A stretch of DNA of 64,000 nt from an uncultured Verrucomicrobiae bacterium. GTDB lineage: Bacteria > Verrucomicrobiota > Verrucomicrobiia > Chthoniobacterales > JAFAMB01. Below, piece by piece: positions 51,744 through 63,734 of this stretch. A program made the translations under genes and the position numbers. The DNA is taken from contig CAWAIK010000001.1 in assembly GCA_963782115.1 (NCBI GenBank), forward strand, positions 576,001 through 640,000, written 5' to 3'. The notes under the pieces were generated by a model. That model was given only the letters and a program-made list of their open reading frames with translations. It searched no databases and was not told the origin of the DNA. Numbering within the stretch: position 1 is the stretch's first letter; each line of letters starts with the position of its first letter.

Positions 51744-54238
51744 ATGAGTGAACCGAGAACGCCGCCTTCCATTTTTTTTAAGACCGTTATTTCGTAATCA
51801 CGGTTTTGATCCTGTTCCTCGCGGCTCGGGGCTGGAGCATGGTTCGGGCTGAGCTTTATCCGTCGATACGAGAAAAAGGCTGCGGAATTCGATCTGGCGA
51901 AACTGGATTCGGTCGAATCAGCGAGCGTGATTTACGATCGCTATGGACAGGTCTTCGGAAAAATCTTTATTCAAAATCGGGAACAGGTAACCCTGGACCA
52001 GATTTCGCCCTACCTGGTCGACGCGGTCATCGCGGAGGAGGATAACCGCTTTTACGAACATAGCGGGCGTCGACTTTTTCGGGATGTTTCGCGCACTGCT
52101 CAAGAATACCCAGGCTGGTCGAATCCGTCAGGGAGCCAGTACGGTCACCCAACAGCTGGCCAGGAACGTATTCGATCTGCGGCGATCGGACGTACCATCG
52201 GAAAATACTCGAGGTTTTTCTGGCGATGCGGATCGAACGGTCCGTGCCGAAGAACAAGATCATGGAGCTCTACCTGAACCGGGTGTACTTCGGGGGCGGG
52301 CTTGTACGGTGCGGAGGCGGCTTCGAAAGGATATTTCGGAAAGCCGGCCAAAGATCTTTCCGTGGGGGAGGCGGCAATGCTGGCGGCTCTTTTGAAGAGC
52401 CCGAACAATCTTTCGCCATGGCATAATCTGGAGGCTGCAACTCAGGAACGGGATTTCGTCCTGACCCGGATGGTCGAGGAACATAAAATCTCTCAGCAAG
52501 TTGCGGATGACGCAAAACAACAGCCACTCCAGGTACAGCCGAAAATCAGGCGTGGTGTCGCAGTCTTACGCGATCGATTTAATCCGGCAGCAAGTCGCAG
52601 GGGCAGATCGGGCTTGAGTCAATTGCCAGTCAGGGATACCGGATCTACACGACTCTGGATCCTGTTCTCCAACGGACTGCCGAGGAATCGCTTCAACGCG
52701 AGTTGGATAAGGTCGAGGAGCAGCCCGACTATCAGCATCAGAAATACGTGGATTACACCGATTTCCTGAAAACTTGGAAGAGCACGCACACGGCTCCCGG
52801 ATCGCCGCCGGTACCCGAGTATCTGCAAGGAGCTGTGGTGGCCGTGGACAATCGGACCGGTGGGATATTGGCGCTCGTCGGGGGACGCGATTTTTCTCAG
52901 AGCGAATACGATCGTGCGCTCCAGTCGAAGCGTCCGGCGGGTACCGCGTTTACGCCGTTCGTCTTCACTGCCGCTCTGGAAAAGGGGGTTTTTCCGGGTT
53001 CGTTGTTCGAAGATTCGCCTCTCGACAATCGTCAGGTTATGATTGGAGGTACCACCGGGATTCTGGGTGAGTGGGGGGTTGAACGCGCGGATAACCAGTA
53101 CGAAGGGGCCTCTGCCGATGCGACGCATTTTTGCGTTATCGAAGAACGCGGCGACGGTCCGAGTCGGCGTAGAAGCTGGTTTGGATTCCGTCCTCAAACT
53201 GGCGAAAAAAGCTGGAATTCAAGATGATCTGCGCCCGTATCCCGCAACATTTCTTGGGAGCAGCGATGTCACATTGGCGGATCTTGTCACTTCTTACACG
53301 ATGTTTCCGGGAAGCGGTTCGCGCCCGGAGCGTTTGATGATGGTGGCAAGGATTGAAACGCAGGACGGCCAGGAGATTTATCACTCGGAACCGCAACGGG
53401 TGAAGGTGATCGATCCAGGTGTAGCATTTGAGATGCATTCCTTTCTGACGGAAGTCATGCAGACCGGCACTGCTTCGAATGCCCGTCAGGAATTCGGTCT
53501 GAAACAGTTTCCGGCTGCCGGCAAAACCGGAACCGCTTACAACTTTACGGATGTCTGGTTTGTGGGGTACGACAGCGAGGTAACATGCGGTGTCTGGGCC
53601 GGATTCGACAAGCCTCAAACGATCATGCGCGGCGCATTTTCCAACCAGATAGCGTTGCCCGTCTGGACCGATATCATGAATGCATCGCTGGCAAAGCAGC
53701 CTCCCAGGGAGCTGGGCAGACCAATCGATCTCAAGCGCGTGGAAGTCTGTCTGGATACCGGGTCTGCCCGCCTCGCCGAAGTGCATGTTGACCTCGGTCG
53801 CGGATCCGTGGTTGCCGCCGCGGAAAGGGAACGTTTTTCGAGTTTTCGACCGCCAAACAGCTCCCGAACGAAACTTGCTGGCTCCATGGAGATGATACCC
53901 GCTCATTTGTGCGGACGCTTCGTTCTCAGGACGCGCCGCGAGCGACGAATGCGACCGACCCGGCCCAGGCGGTTCCCGTTCTGGTCCGTGAACCGACTGT
54001 GCTTGGCGACGATCCCTATCAATCCGTAAAGCCGCGCCCTAAAGAACCGCCGCAGCTCGCCCAGACGAGCAAAGCTGATTGGACGCCGGCTCCTCGCGCC
54101 CTTCCTGTCGACAAACCCCCACCTGAAGTTCGCCGTGCCGAGCCGGTCGGTCCACTCGATCGCCAGCAAACGCCGCCGCCGGTCGATTTGCCGACGCCGC
54201 CGCCGGTGGACCTCAATGACGATCCGACGAATTTGTAG
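51744..54238 (+). pseudogene. PBP1A-family bifunctional penicillin-binding protein, multiply frameshifted (probably artefactual)
   Basis: EDNRFYEH, QGASTVTQQLARN, LYLNRVYFG, VGGRDF, AGKTGT and WFVGY motifs spread over several frames. Confidence 0.85.
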
Positions 54239-54250
54239 TCGGTGCACACA

Positions 54251-55190
54251 ATGACCAGAACATCCGGAATACGAGACGAAATCGAGATTTACGACGAGCG
54301 TTTTCTGTATCTGACTGTTGGAAACGCTTGGGTTGAGAAGCTTTACACCGGGACACTTTGGGCCGAGGGCCCGGTTTATTTTGCAGACGGCGATTACTTG
54401 GTCTGGAGCGATATCCCAAACAATCGAATGCTGCGTTGGGCTGGCGGTCACGTCAGCGTTTTTCGGGATTTTGCCAACAATAGCAACGGCAACACGCGTG
54501 ACCTGCAGGGCCGTTTGGTCACGCTGCGAACACGGAGCGCGACGGGTGACCCGGACTGAGCCGGACGGCTCCATCACGGTTTTGGTTGATCAATTCCAAG
54601 GCAAGAAGCTGAACTCTCCAAACGATGTGGTCGTCAAGTCGGATGGGACATGTCTGGTTTACGGATCCGCCGTACGGGATTTTATCCGACTACGAAGGGC
54701 ACGTTGCCGAGAGTGAATATGGCGGTTGTTATGTCTTCCGATTTGATCCTGTGACCGGAGATCTTGAAGCGGTTGTCAAAGATTTTAATAAGCCGAATGG
54801 GATCGCATTTTCCCCGGATGAATCGAAGCTCTACGTGGTCGATACCGGCGGTTCCCACGCCATGGCGGGTGAACATCATATCCGTGTCTTCTCGTTGGAT
54901 AAGAGGGACGATTGAGCGGCGGAGAGGTTTTTGCAGAGGTTTCTCCCGGTCTGGCGGACGGTCTTCGGGTGGACCAGCAGGGCAATATCTGGACGAGTGC
55001 CGGGGACGGCGTGCACTGTTATGCTCCGGATGGGGTTCGCCTGGGGAAAATACTAGTTCCGGAACCGGTATCTAATTTGACCTTTGGCGGTCCCAAAAGG
55101 AACCGGATCTTCATCACGGCCACGACTTCATTGTACGCCGTGTATGTCGCGGCGAACGGGAGCTCAGCGCCCATAGTCTGCACCTTGTGA
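54251..55190 (+). pseudogene. SMP-30/gluconolactonase family protein, frameshifted
   Basis: WAEGPVY, WSDIPNN, LNSPNDVVV, FTDPPYG, PNGIAFSPD and DGLRVD in successive frames. Confidence 0.85.
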
Positions 55191-55282
55191 TCTCACGAGT
55201 CTTCGGACGCGGGTTTTCCGGGGCAATGCCTGTTTCGCGGATGTGATCCGGGAAAGATCGTTTATTTGGAGGATTCAAAAGA

Positions 55283-56810
55283 ATGCTTACCGAGCAAGCT
55301 CGAGTGATTCAGCTAATCCGTGCGGATGACGTGGTCATTGCATGCCAGGACTTGGCGGCTGGGACGCATCTCGATGAATACGATCTGACGGTACGGAGCG
55401 CCGTTCCGGCTGGACACAAAGTCGCTATCCGGGACATTGCTGTCAGGTCAACCTGTGCGCCGGTATAGCCAAATTATCGGGTTCGCGTCGGAGCCGATTT
55501 CGGCAGGCGAACATGTGCATGTGCAAAATCTGAGAGTCCAGTCCTTCGAACGCGATTACGCGTTCTGCACGGATGCCAAGCCGACCAGCTACGTTCATCC
55601 GGGTGCGACGTTCAGCGGAATCGTCCGTCCTGACGGCCGCGTCGCAACTCGGAATTATCTGGGTGTGTTGACCACGGTGAATTGTTCGGCCACGGTCGCA
55701 AAGAGGATTTCGGAAACATTTTCGGGTGAAGCGTTGAGAGAGTATCCGAATGTCGATGGCGTCGTCGCGATCACTCACACTACGGGGTGTGGGATGGATA
55801 TAAACGGGGAGGGGATGGAAGTCTTGCGCCGTACCCTGTCCGGTTATGCGCGGCATGTTAATTTTTGCGGGATACTGATGATCGGACTGGGTTGCGAGGT
55901 CAATCAGGCGGAAGACCTGTTTTCCACTCAGAATCTTCCGCCAGGGCCGCTTTTGTCTTCGATGACGATCCAGGAATCGGGAGGTACGGTCGGCGCAATC
56001 CGGCGCGGAGTCGAACGGATCCGGGAAATGTTGCCGATCGCAAATCAAGTCACGCGTCAGACCGTGTCTGCCGGTCATTTGATCATCGGTCTGCAATGCG
56101 GGGGTTCGGACAGCTATTCCGGTATCACGGCAAATCCTGCGCTCGGCGCCGCGGTCGATCTTCTGGTCAGCCATGGCGGTACTGCGATTTTGTCGGAAAC
56201 GCCCGAGATTTACGGTGCAGAACACTTGCTGACGCGACGGGCGGTTTCCCCGGAAATCGGTGAAAAGCTGATTTCGCGGATTCGCTGGTGGGAGGAATAC
56301 ACAGAGCGGGAGCGAGGCGAGATGAATAATAATCCTTCGCCTGGAAATAAAGTGGGCGGCCTGACGACGATCCTGGAAAAATCGTCTGGGCGCAGTGGCA
56401 AAAGGCGGAACAACAAATCTGGTGGACGTATTCGAATACGCTGAACCGGTTACCGCCAAGGGATTGGTTTTTATGGATACTCCTGGATATGATCCGGTTT
56501 CTGCTACCGGCCAGGTCGCGGGCGGCGCGAATCTAATCTGTTTCACTACGGGTCGCGGGTCAGTTTACGGGTGCAAACCGGCGCCCTCGCTGAAATTGGC
56601 GACCAGCTCGCGGCTATTCCGGCAAATGGCGGACGACATGGATATCAATTGCGGCGAAATTCTGGACGGAGAACGCGTCGATCCAGGAATTGGGGCAACG
56701 CATCTTTCGAGCTGATTTTGGAAACCGCTTCAGGTCGACAATCTCGTTCGGAGGCGCATGGGTTCGGTGCGGAAGAGTTCGTGCCCTGGATGCTTGGGGC
56801 CGTCATGTAA
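55283..56810 (+). pseudogene. UxaA/GarD family (altronate/galactarate) dehydratase, frameshifted
   Basis: SAF domain PAGHKVA; TVNCSATV, CGGSDSYSGITANP, NNPSPGNK and FTTGRGS. Confidence 0.88.
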
Positions 56811-56887
56811 CGCAGTGTGCGGCATTTGCCCTTCCGTTTTCGCGAGCGCGAAGTCTCACCAGCGCTTCGGCTTGAGAAATTCTCGTG

Positions 56888-57453
56888 CTACAGATGAGGA
56901 ATGAGTGCTTTCACCCGACGTCGGTAGCGTTCGTATTCCGCCCCGAAATGAGCGCACATCCATCGCTCTTCGAGCATCAGTTTACGTACAAACGAGACGA
57001 CGATGATCGCGAAGCCAAGGCACGCCTGAACCGTGCCGATAGTGATGACCGAGCCGAGCAACGCCAAAAGAATTCCGCTATAAATTGGGTGCCGAACCCA
57101 TGCGTAGGGGCCGGTCTGAATCATCCGATGATCAACTTTGAGAGTGATGCGGCCACTCCAGTATTTTCCGAGGTGGTATCTTGCCCAGGCGGCGACACTC
57201 AGCCCGAGCATTGTCAGACAAAGACCGATGGCCAGAGATACCCCGATGGCGGCCAGAGGAGTAGGCGGGTCGGAATCCGAGAGGGTCTCGACGAAATAAG
57301 CAAGATAACGCCGACTGCAAGGGGAACCCTGTACGAAGCACCGGTCAGCCATGATTCCGTCTGCCGGTTGGCCGCAGTCTGGCGCGCCGCGACGATCCAG
57401 TAGGCGGCCCACCCCAACCAGAGCATCCAGACGAGGGCTAGTTCGAAATTCAT
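56888..57453 (-). pseudogene. Isoprenylcysteine carboxyl methyltransferase family protein, frameshifted
   Basis: WARYHLGKYWSG, TGPYAWVRHPIYSG and EERWM..HFGAEY..Y. Confidence 0.8.
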
Positions 57454-57766
57454 CCAATCGCGCATAGATTCTATCTGCCTTATTTGCGAGCGTTTGTCGT
57501 TGCGCTTTTGCTCGACAGGCCGGGCCGAAGAGGAAGAGCCTCGAGGCCCCCGAAATTTTCGCTCAGTTTTTACCGACATTCAGTCCGAGATCAACCTTTG
57601 CGAGGACTCGTACGCTTACTACGGCTAGTGCGGCGAAGGAGGACCTGCAAATAAGTATTAAGATCGTGCGTGCTTCCTAACCGGTATGCAGCAATGCCGT
57701 CGGAATTCGCTCGCACGACGTCTGTCCGTATTGACTCCGATTGTCAGGGATCTTACCATTCCAATC

Positions 57767-57889
57767 ATGGGTGATAAATCTCCGAAAGCCACGCACAAGC
57801 AGGCGGCGCAAAAACAGGCAAAGGCTAGCGCCGCGAATCAGAAGAAGAGTAACGCTGCCAGTTCAAAGCAAGTTCCGAAGGCTAAGTAG
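57767..57889 (+). CDS. 40-aa Lys/Gln/Ala-rich basic peptide (MGDKSPK...)
   Basis: MGDKSPKATHKQAAQKQAKASAANQKKSNAASSKQVPKAK followed by tandem stops. Confidence 0.6.
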   Translation: MGDKSPKATHKQAAQKQAKASAANQKKSNAASSKQVPKAK

Positions 57890-58153
57890 TAAAAGACGCA
57901 CAAAATCGCTTCCGGTCCAGCCGGACATGCCGGGTGACAAAGTTGGGTTGGACTAGTACTAGTCAGTACTAGTCGCATATAGACTTTGTCCTTGTTGGAA
58001 CGCTGCGCTTCGACGGTGCGTTCGGTGGTTTTGTTCGCTTGGAGGGATGACACGGTGTGCCACCTGCAAGGCTTAAAGGTTCTTCGCGCACTCTTGAAAG
58101 GTCCATTTCAGAGCAAACGTTGGATCGCCTTTGGGGATGAACTCGTGCGTAAT

Positions 58154-58504
58154 CTAACCAGAGTGTCCGGTCTCTTTGATGGTCCTTAGAATTGCGGGAT
58201 AATATAGTTCTTGGTCCTCATCCATCTCGTTACGTCCGGGATTGCCCGCCGTATGATAGTGACCAATGTAATCCTTTGCCGAGCGGATGGTGTGGGTAAT
58301 GTCACCCTCCATGATTTGCATGTGGTAGATGTCGTACAGTAACCTCACCCGCGGTGAAGCAACCGCTCGACACACCTGAACGCCCCAGGCAACCAATTCG
58401 ACGGCCTTAAAACCGGCGTCGGCGACGGCGTGCACAAACTGTTCCGGGGTGAACTTTTCAGGGACAAAGCTCCACCAAGTGACGGATTGGGAAATCGCAC
58501 TCAT
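58154..58504 (-). pseudogene. Hydroxypyruvate isomerase family protein with large internal in-frame deletion
   Basis: GFKAVEL joined directly to [22 protein letters not shown]...[16 protein letters not shown] overlap with the metG stop. Confidence 0.75.
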
Positions 58505-60048
58505 TCTCTGAGATTCTCGAACCTTGGGAAGATCGGGCTTGGTTTGCCCAATTCATGTTCCGAGGGCAGGCCGCCCCACTGCAAAGTCCGGAAATTCCCG
58601 GCCTGCAACTGTTCCAGGATTTTCTCACTCGATGCCGGAATCACAGGGCTGACGAGCAGTGCGAGCAGCCTGACGGTTTCAGCAAGAGTGTAGAGGACCG
58701 CGCTCAACAAGTCGGATTGCGCCGGATCTTTAGCTAGTTTCCAAGGCGCCTTTTGTTCGACCAACGCATTGGCTCTGGCAACAAGCTCCCAGGCGGTTTC
58801 CAGCGCGTTGTGCACTTCGAATCGCTCGAATGCGGCTCGGTAGCGCCCGATGACGGAGTTCGCCAGATCGCGAATCGCCTCCAGATCCGGATCGTGGAGC
58901 TCGCGTGAACCGAGAAGACCATTGCGATAGCGCTGACTCATGCTGATGGTTCGATTGACCAGGTTCCCCAGGGCATTCGCCAGATCACTGTTGTTGCGCT
59001 GAACGAGGTTTTCTTCGCTAAAATCCGAGTCCTGACCCACAATGTTATCCCTCATCAAATAGTAGCGAAGGACGTCGGGACCGTATTTGTCCGCCAAAAT
59101 ATCCGGATCGATCACGTTTCCGAGGCTCTTGCTCATCTTTGCGCCCGCTATATTCCACCATCCGTGAACGACCAGCGTCGGCATCTGTTCATCCGAGAAC
59201 CCCATGGCATGAAGAATGATCGGCCAGTAAACGCCGTGGGCTGGAACGAGGATATCTTTGCCTATGATATGCGCCTTGCAGGGCCAGAGCTCGTTAAAAT
59301 CGGGCAGGCTCGGATCATTATCGGAGAGGTAGCCGGCGAAGGAAACATAGTTCAAGAGCGCATCGAACCAGACGAACGTGACATAATTCGGGTCGAACGG
59401 AAGCTCAATGCCCCAGGATAACCGCTCCCTTGGGCGGGAAACGCAAAGATCGCCAGAAAGACGATCGATCGCGTTGAGCAATTCGTTTCGACGCAAATTC
59501 GGAATCACGAAATCAGGGTGCGTTTCAACGAAATTTTTGAGCCAATTCTTGTGTTTGACCAGGGGGAAATACCAGTTCTCTTCCTCAAGAAGAATGACCT
59601 CCCCCCACTCGGGCCCGAATGCTCCCGCCTCATTTCTTTCCTTGTCGGTAAGAAATTGCTCCTGGCGGACGCTGTAATAACCGGCGTATTTTGCCTTTGT
59701 TAACTCACCTTTTTCGTAGAGCGACTGCAGAACTCTCTGAACGGTCTTTTTGTGTCTGGGATCGGTCGTCGCTGCCCAGCCATCCTTTTGAATACCGAGC
59801 TTGTTCCAGAGAGCGAGGAATTTTTCTGTGATCTCTTGCGCAAACTCCATTGGCTGGACCCCGGACTGCAGAGCGGCCTGTTGCACTTTTTGTCCATGCT
59901 GATCGACACCGGTCAAAAAGAAAGTCGGCCCGTCAAAGGTTCGGTGAAACCTGGCGATGACATCGGCCAGGATCTTCTCATAGGCGTGCCCGATGTGCGG
60001 CTCGCCATTCGTATAATCAATTGCCGTTGTGATGAAATAGTATTTCAC
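58501..60048 (-). CDS. metG: Methionine--tRNA ligase (short form)
   Basis: [37 protein letters not shown] and [11 protein letters not shown] start assumed. Confidence 0.95.
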   Translation of the reverse strand: MKYYFITTAIDYTNGEPHIGHAYEKILADVIARFHRTFDGPTFFLTGVDQHGQKVQQAALQSGVQPMEFAQEITEKFLALWNKLGIQKDGWAATTDPRHKKTVQRVLQSLYEKGELTKAKYAGYYSVRQEQFLTDKERNEAGAFGPEWGEVILLEEENWYFPLVKHKNWLKNFVETHPDFVIPNLRRNELLNAIDRLSGDLCVSRPRERLSWGIELPFDPNYVTFVWFDALLNYVSFAGYLSDNDPSLPDFNELWPCKAHIIGKDILVPAHGVYWPIILHAMGFSDEQMPTLVVHGWWNIAGAKMSKSLGNVIDPDILADKYGPDVLRYYLMRDNIVGQDSDFSEENLVQRNNSDLANALGNLVNRTISMSQRYRNGLLGSRELHDPDLEAIRDLANSVIGRYRAAFERFEVHNALETAWELVARANALVEQKAPWKLAKDPAQSDLLSAVLYTLAETVRLLALLVSPVIPASSEKILEQLQAGNFRTLQWGGLPSEHELGKPSPIFPRFENLRE

Positions 60049-60052
60049 TCGA

Positions 60053-60397
60053 TCATTCGCGCACGATTTTACCGCCCCAAGACAAAATGCGAGCCTTTGC
60101 ACCGGCAGCCTCTGCTTCTTTGATCTGGCTATTCCGAACGTAAAAGAGCGAAAGGCTGGACCACGCGAGCTGATCGTTCGGCCGAAGTTCGACCGCCTTC
60201 TTACCCGCCTCGATCGCTTCCGGGTAATTCCCATTTTTCATCAGCGTCATCCCGAGCGCATGCCAGCCGTCGAAAAAGTCCGGAAGTTGTTCGACGCATT
60301 GCCGATATTTCTCGATTGCCGCCGGCAGTTCCCCAATTGCCAGGTCGCCGTTCGCATCGTCAAAAAGCTCTTCAATTTCCGACGGGATTTCGTCCAT
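60053..60397 (-). CDS. TPR protein
   Basis: FFDGWHALGMTL...AVELRPNDQLAWSSLS TPR pattern. Confidence 0.8.
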   Translation of the reverse strand: MDEIPSEIEELFDDANGDLAIGELPAAIEKYRQCVEQLPDFFDGWHALGMTLMKNGNYPEAIEAGKKAVELRPNDQLAWSSLSLFYVRNSQIKEAEAAGAKARILSWGGKIVRE

Positions 60398-60435
60398 AAG
60401 TCGATGCCGCTGGCCGCGCAAATCGCGCGGTGTTT

Positions 60436-61950
60436 CTACCCGGTCGCTCCCTGACCAAAGATCGGTGGGCGCCCAGCCCTCTGCAGTTCCACTCTTAGCC
60501 ACTCGCGGATTGCGATCTTTTCGTACTGGCTGTTTTGCTGGGCATATTCCTTCTTTTTGAATTCGGCGTATTTTTGTTCGTCGACTGGTTCTTTGCTGAT
60601 CATGTGGATGATCAATGCCGAGCCCTGATCTTGCAAAAGCTTCGAAGTCTCGTTGGTATCGAGTTCGATGCCATTCATCGCGATGAACCGCGCGAGCTCG
60701 GCGTTGTTTCCGGGATCAATGAGATCGAACGGCTCCGGCGTCTCAGCCTTGGAGCCCGCGTTCTCGGCGGCTTGAACGAAACTGATTCCTTTTCGCATGT
60801 CGGCATCGATCTTCTCTCGCACTTCCTTCGCTTTCGCCTGAATTGCTGCTTGAGCCTTCTCCTCCTTGATCGCGGCAACGACCTGGTCTTTCGATTCCGC
60901 CAGCGTGAGCGGTCGACTCGCTTCAATGTCTGTCAGTTTCATGACGTAAAAGCCGTTCGGCCCTTCGGTGACATCGCTAATGGGATTGTCCTTGGTGAGA
61001 TTGAATGCCTCGTGAGCCAACGCGGGGTCCTCTGAGAGTGCCTTGTCCGGCCGTTCCAGCGTAAATGGCTCAGTCTGGACAACCTGGAACCCTTTTTCTT
61101 TAGCGGTCTGTTCGAAAGTCGACGGATTCTGCAGTGCGGTCTGAGCAAATGAATCTGCCTGCTCCGCGAGAGGTTTCTTTGCCGAAACCTTCTGTTCGTC
61201 CGACAATTTCTTCTGATCGTCGTTTAGCAAAAAGGAGACCAGTTCGATCTTCCTTTTTTCCGGGGACAGGATGGTGTCCTTATGCTGATTGTAGTACTTC
61301 TGGACATCGCCGTCGGAGACTTGAATGGAAGACTCGAAATCGGCGCGTTTAAACCGAATGATGGCGACAGAAATTTTTTGGTTCAGTTGTTCATATTGCT
61401 GCCTAAACATCCCTTCCGGGAGCGGGGAACTGCCCTTGACCAATTGGGTGACTCCGGCATATCGCAAATTGTCCGCGACAACCTCGTCGAGATCAGCTGA
61501 CGTAAACCCGTTCGGCTTCAACGCCGCGTCGATAAACTGCTGATACTTTGCCGGATCAAACTGATTATTCGTTTGGAATTGAGGCAAAGCCTTCTCGGCA
61601 TTCCGGATCTGATCGGCAGACGGTTCAACCTGCATCCGTTTGGCTTCGTCGCGAAGTAAAAGCAAATTCCACGCGAAGCTCAGGGATTGATCGTCGCGTG
61701 TCCGACCTTCAGTAGTCAAGTCTTGGACCAGTTCTTGCATGCCCAGAGAGAAAATCACTTGGATGTCTCTTTCGATCTTCTGAATGTCGCCGACGGTGAT
61801 TGTTCGGCCATTCAGTTTGCCGATGGCTCCGCCCGGACCTGCAGCGCGGCGCATTGTTGACGGATTGTAAAACCAGGCAAAAGCGACGATCACAAAGATG
61901 GTAACGATCGTAAGCAATGTCCGCTGTCTCTTGCGTATCGACTCCAACAT
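60436..61950 (-). CDS. SurA N-terminal domain / PpiD-like periplasmic chaperone
   Basis: MLESIRK + TM anchor, FQTNNQFDPAKY, PEKRKIE and rotamase-like ISDV..GPNGFYVMK. Confidence 0.85.
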   Translation of the reverse strand: MLESIRKRQRTLLTIVTIFVIVAFAWFYNPSTMRRAAGPGGAIGKLNGRTITVGDIQKIERDIQVIFSLGMQELVQDLTTEGRTRDDQSLSFAWNLLLLRDEAKRMQVEPSADQIRNAEKALPQFQTNNQFDPAKYQQFIDAALKPNGFTSADLDEVVADNLRYAGVTQLVKGSSPLPEGMFRQQYEQLNQKISVAIIRFKRADFESSIQVSDGDVQKYYNQHKDTILSPEKRKIELVSFLLNDDQKKLSDEQKVSAKKPLAEQADSFAQTALQNPSTFEQTAKEKGFQVVQTEPFTLERPDKALSEDPALAHEAFNLTKDNPISDVTEGPNGFYVMKLTDIEASRPLTLAESKDQVVAAIKEEKAQAAIQAKAKEVREKIDADMRKGISFVQAAENAGSKAETPEPFDLIDPGNNAELARFIAMNGIELDTNETSKLLQDQGSALIIHMISKEPVDEQKYAEFKKKEYAQQNSQYEKIAIREWLRVELQRAGRPPIFGQGATG

Positions 61951-62029
61951 AGGGAGGAGAAAGGTGGATGGTCCCAGGCCGATTTTCAATTAGAAAGAGG
62001 CAGGAGCGGTTTAGGAGAGGCTGCAGGCA

Positions 62030-62495
62030 GATCAAAGATGCGGAGACAGGGCCAGGAACGCCTTGTCTTCCCAGGGGCTCGCGAGCAGCTCGTAGAACGC
62101 GCGCTGCGTTTTATCGCTGTCCAACAAATCGCAAAGACGAAGCTGACTCCCGACCTACAGACGGGCCAGCAAGCCGTAACCATCTTTTTTCCCCTTTCGA
62201 TGCTGCGCCGGCACTTAGAACAGCTCAGCCACGGATATAAGCTCAGCGAAATCAAAGAGGCGTTAGACATTCTAGCCGATACTCGAATAGCTGTTGAAGA
62301 CAGGGCGCCAGCGACGAACTCGTGACTTTTCCTCGATCCTGACACACTGCATGGCATCCACAATCGAGGGCGACCATACCCGGCGAAAAGACCTATATCG
62401 CCGTGACCTTTCATCCTGCGGCCACTGCCGCCATTCTGCAACGTCCCCTCGCCCGTTGGCTGACGACTCGTATGAGCCACAATTATCGCCAGGAC
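62030..62495 (+). pseudogene. Plasmid replication initiator-like protein remnant
   Basis: FPGAREQLVERALR...GYKLSEIKEALDIL, then VTFHP and LARWL..RMSHNY across frames; family recalled from memory. Confidence 0.5.
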
Positions 62496-63067
62496 CCGCC
62501 TGCAACGTCAATTGCTGCGATTCCAACCAGACTTGCAGCCCGAGTGGAGAGTGTGTCGTCGCCAAGGCCTGCCGAACAGGCGAAATTTCTTTGCATCAGC
62601 GCCGACGGAAAAACGCAGAACTGCTGCACAGAAGATCAGGGTTGCTTCTCCGATGGCTCGCGTAGCACGTTTGGCGGTTAGTTTTCGGCCATGCGCGAGG
62701 AGACCGGGAAAAACCGGGGGCTACGCCGCCTTTGCATCGCATGTCTCCTGCATTTCAAACCGGAGGCTAGAAACAGCCGAGGCGTTGTCCATCGGGGTGG
62801 GCTGGCTCGTAATGGAACACGATTCTCAGCTCGAAGCTTTACTTTGTCCACGTCTGGATTCGGGGATCCACCCGATGCTCTGGCGGCGCTTTCTGGTACG
62901 ATCCGACAACACCCGCCCGATCTTCACGTCCTCTTGCAGATCGGCTTCGACTGGACGGACTTCCATCTCAAACGCTGTCGCAAAAAGGTCTACGCCGTGC
63001 CACGCCTTAGCGGGCTCGGCTGCCACGATGCACGGGAAATCAAGCTGGGGTACCTCCACTTTCGCAT

Positions 63068-63246
63068 ATTGATCCGGGCCGCTTTGATGATTTGGTTGAA
63101 CAAATCACCGGCCAGCCGGCCGAGGCCCACGTCATCGTAGACACAGGCTCCAGCGCATTTGTCCCCTGCTCCACTACGTGGTCAGTAATGAGGTGCAGGC
63201 AATACGCTCCCAAAGCCGGTCATCAACTGGTGGTCCACACGATTAC
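63068..63246 (+). pseudogene. TraL-like (IncP conjugation, ParA-like) fragment
   Basis: RFDDLVEQI...HVIVDTGSSAFVP..GHQLVVHT resembles the TraL motif VIIDNGASSFVPL..GHELVIHT. Confidence 0.55.
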
Positions 63247-63734
63247 CGCATCCTTGGTGCCGCCGGTCACGAGGAACACCCCATCGATATTGTCGGCTAA
63301 ATAAGCTTCGAGCCACGTGCTCAGTTGATCGCCTTGCAACGGATCATTCAGACTAGGTGCCTGGGTTTTGGCTCCCTTATTGAACGAGTCATCTCCCATG
63401 TCAACCCCAGCGAGTGCTGCAATTCCACTCCTTGAAAACCCGACATTGAGCCCTACGAGCGGAAGCTTTTCTGTCTTTCCCTCGTTCTTGAGCTCAGCCA
63501 ATTCGAACTCCCGCTGATGAACCGTCCGTGTCGTCGTGATGCGTTTGGCGATCGTATTGCGGAGGACTCGCTTGAACGTGGCGACGTCCGTGATTTTGAA
63601 AAACACAAATTGCTGAAAGAACTTCTGAAGTCCGATCAGAACATCCTCCTGGATTTCATCCAGGTCGAGTTCAAGCTTTCTGGCGCGGATTGTGGATTTG
63701 GCAGCAGTTGTTGAGGAGTTAGACTGGCGGACAT
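63245..63734 (-). pseudogene. DyP-type peroxidase N-terminal fragment
   Basis: LDLDEIQEDVLIGL.K..Q.FVFFKI, LNVGFSRSG and IDGVFLVTG; ATG at 63734 with AAGGA RBS; truncated at the traL junction. Confidence 0.7.

Noticed and set aside
55443..56546. 367-aa minus-strand ORF and similar long antisense ORFs (e.g. 12975-13676, 16807-17496)
   Set aside because: These are shadow ORFs antisense to recognisable genes, with no motifs of their own.
57951..57974. Palindromic stutter gactagtactagtcagtactagtc
   Set aside because: It is short and single, with no associated element; it could be slippage or an artefact.
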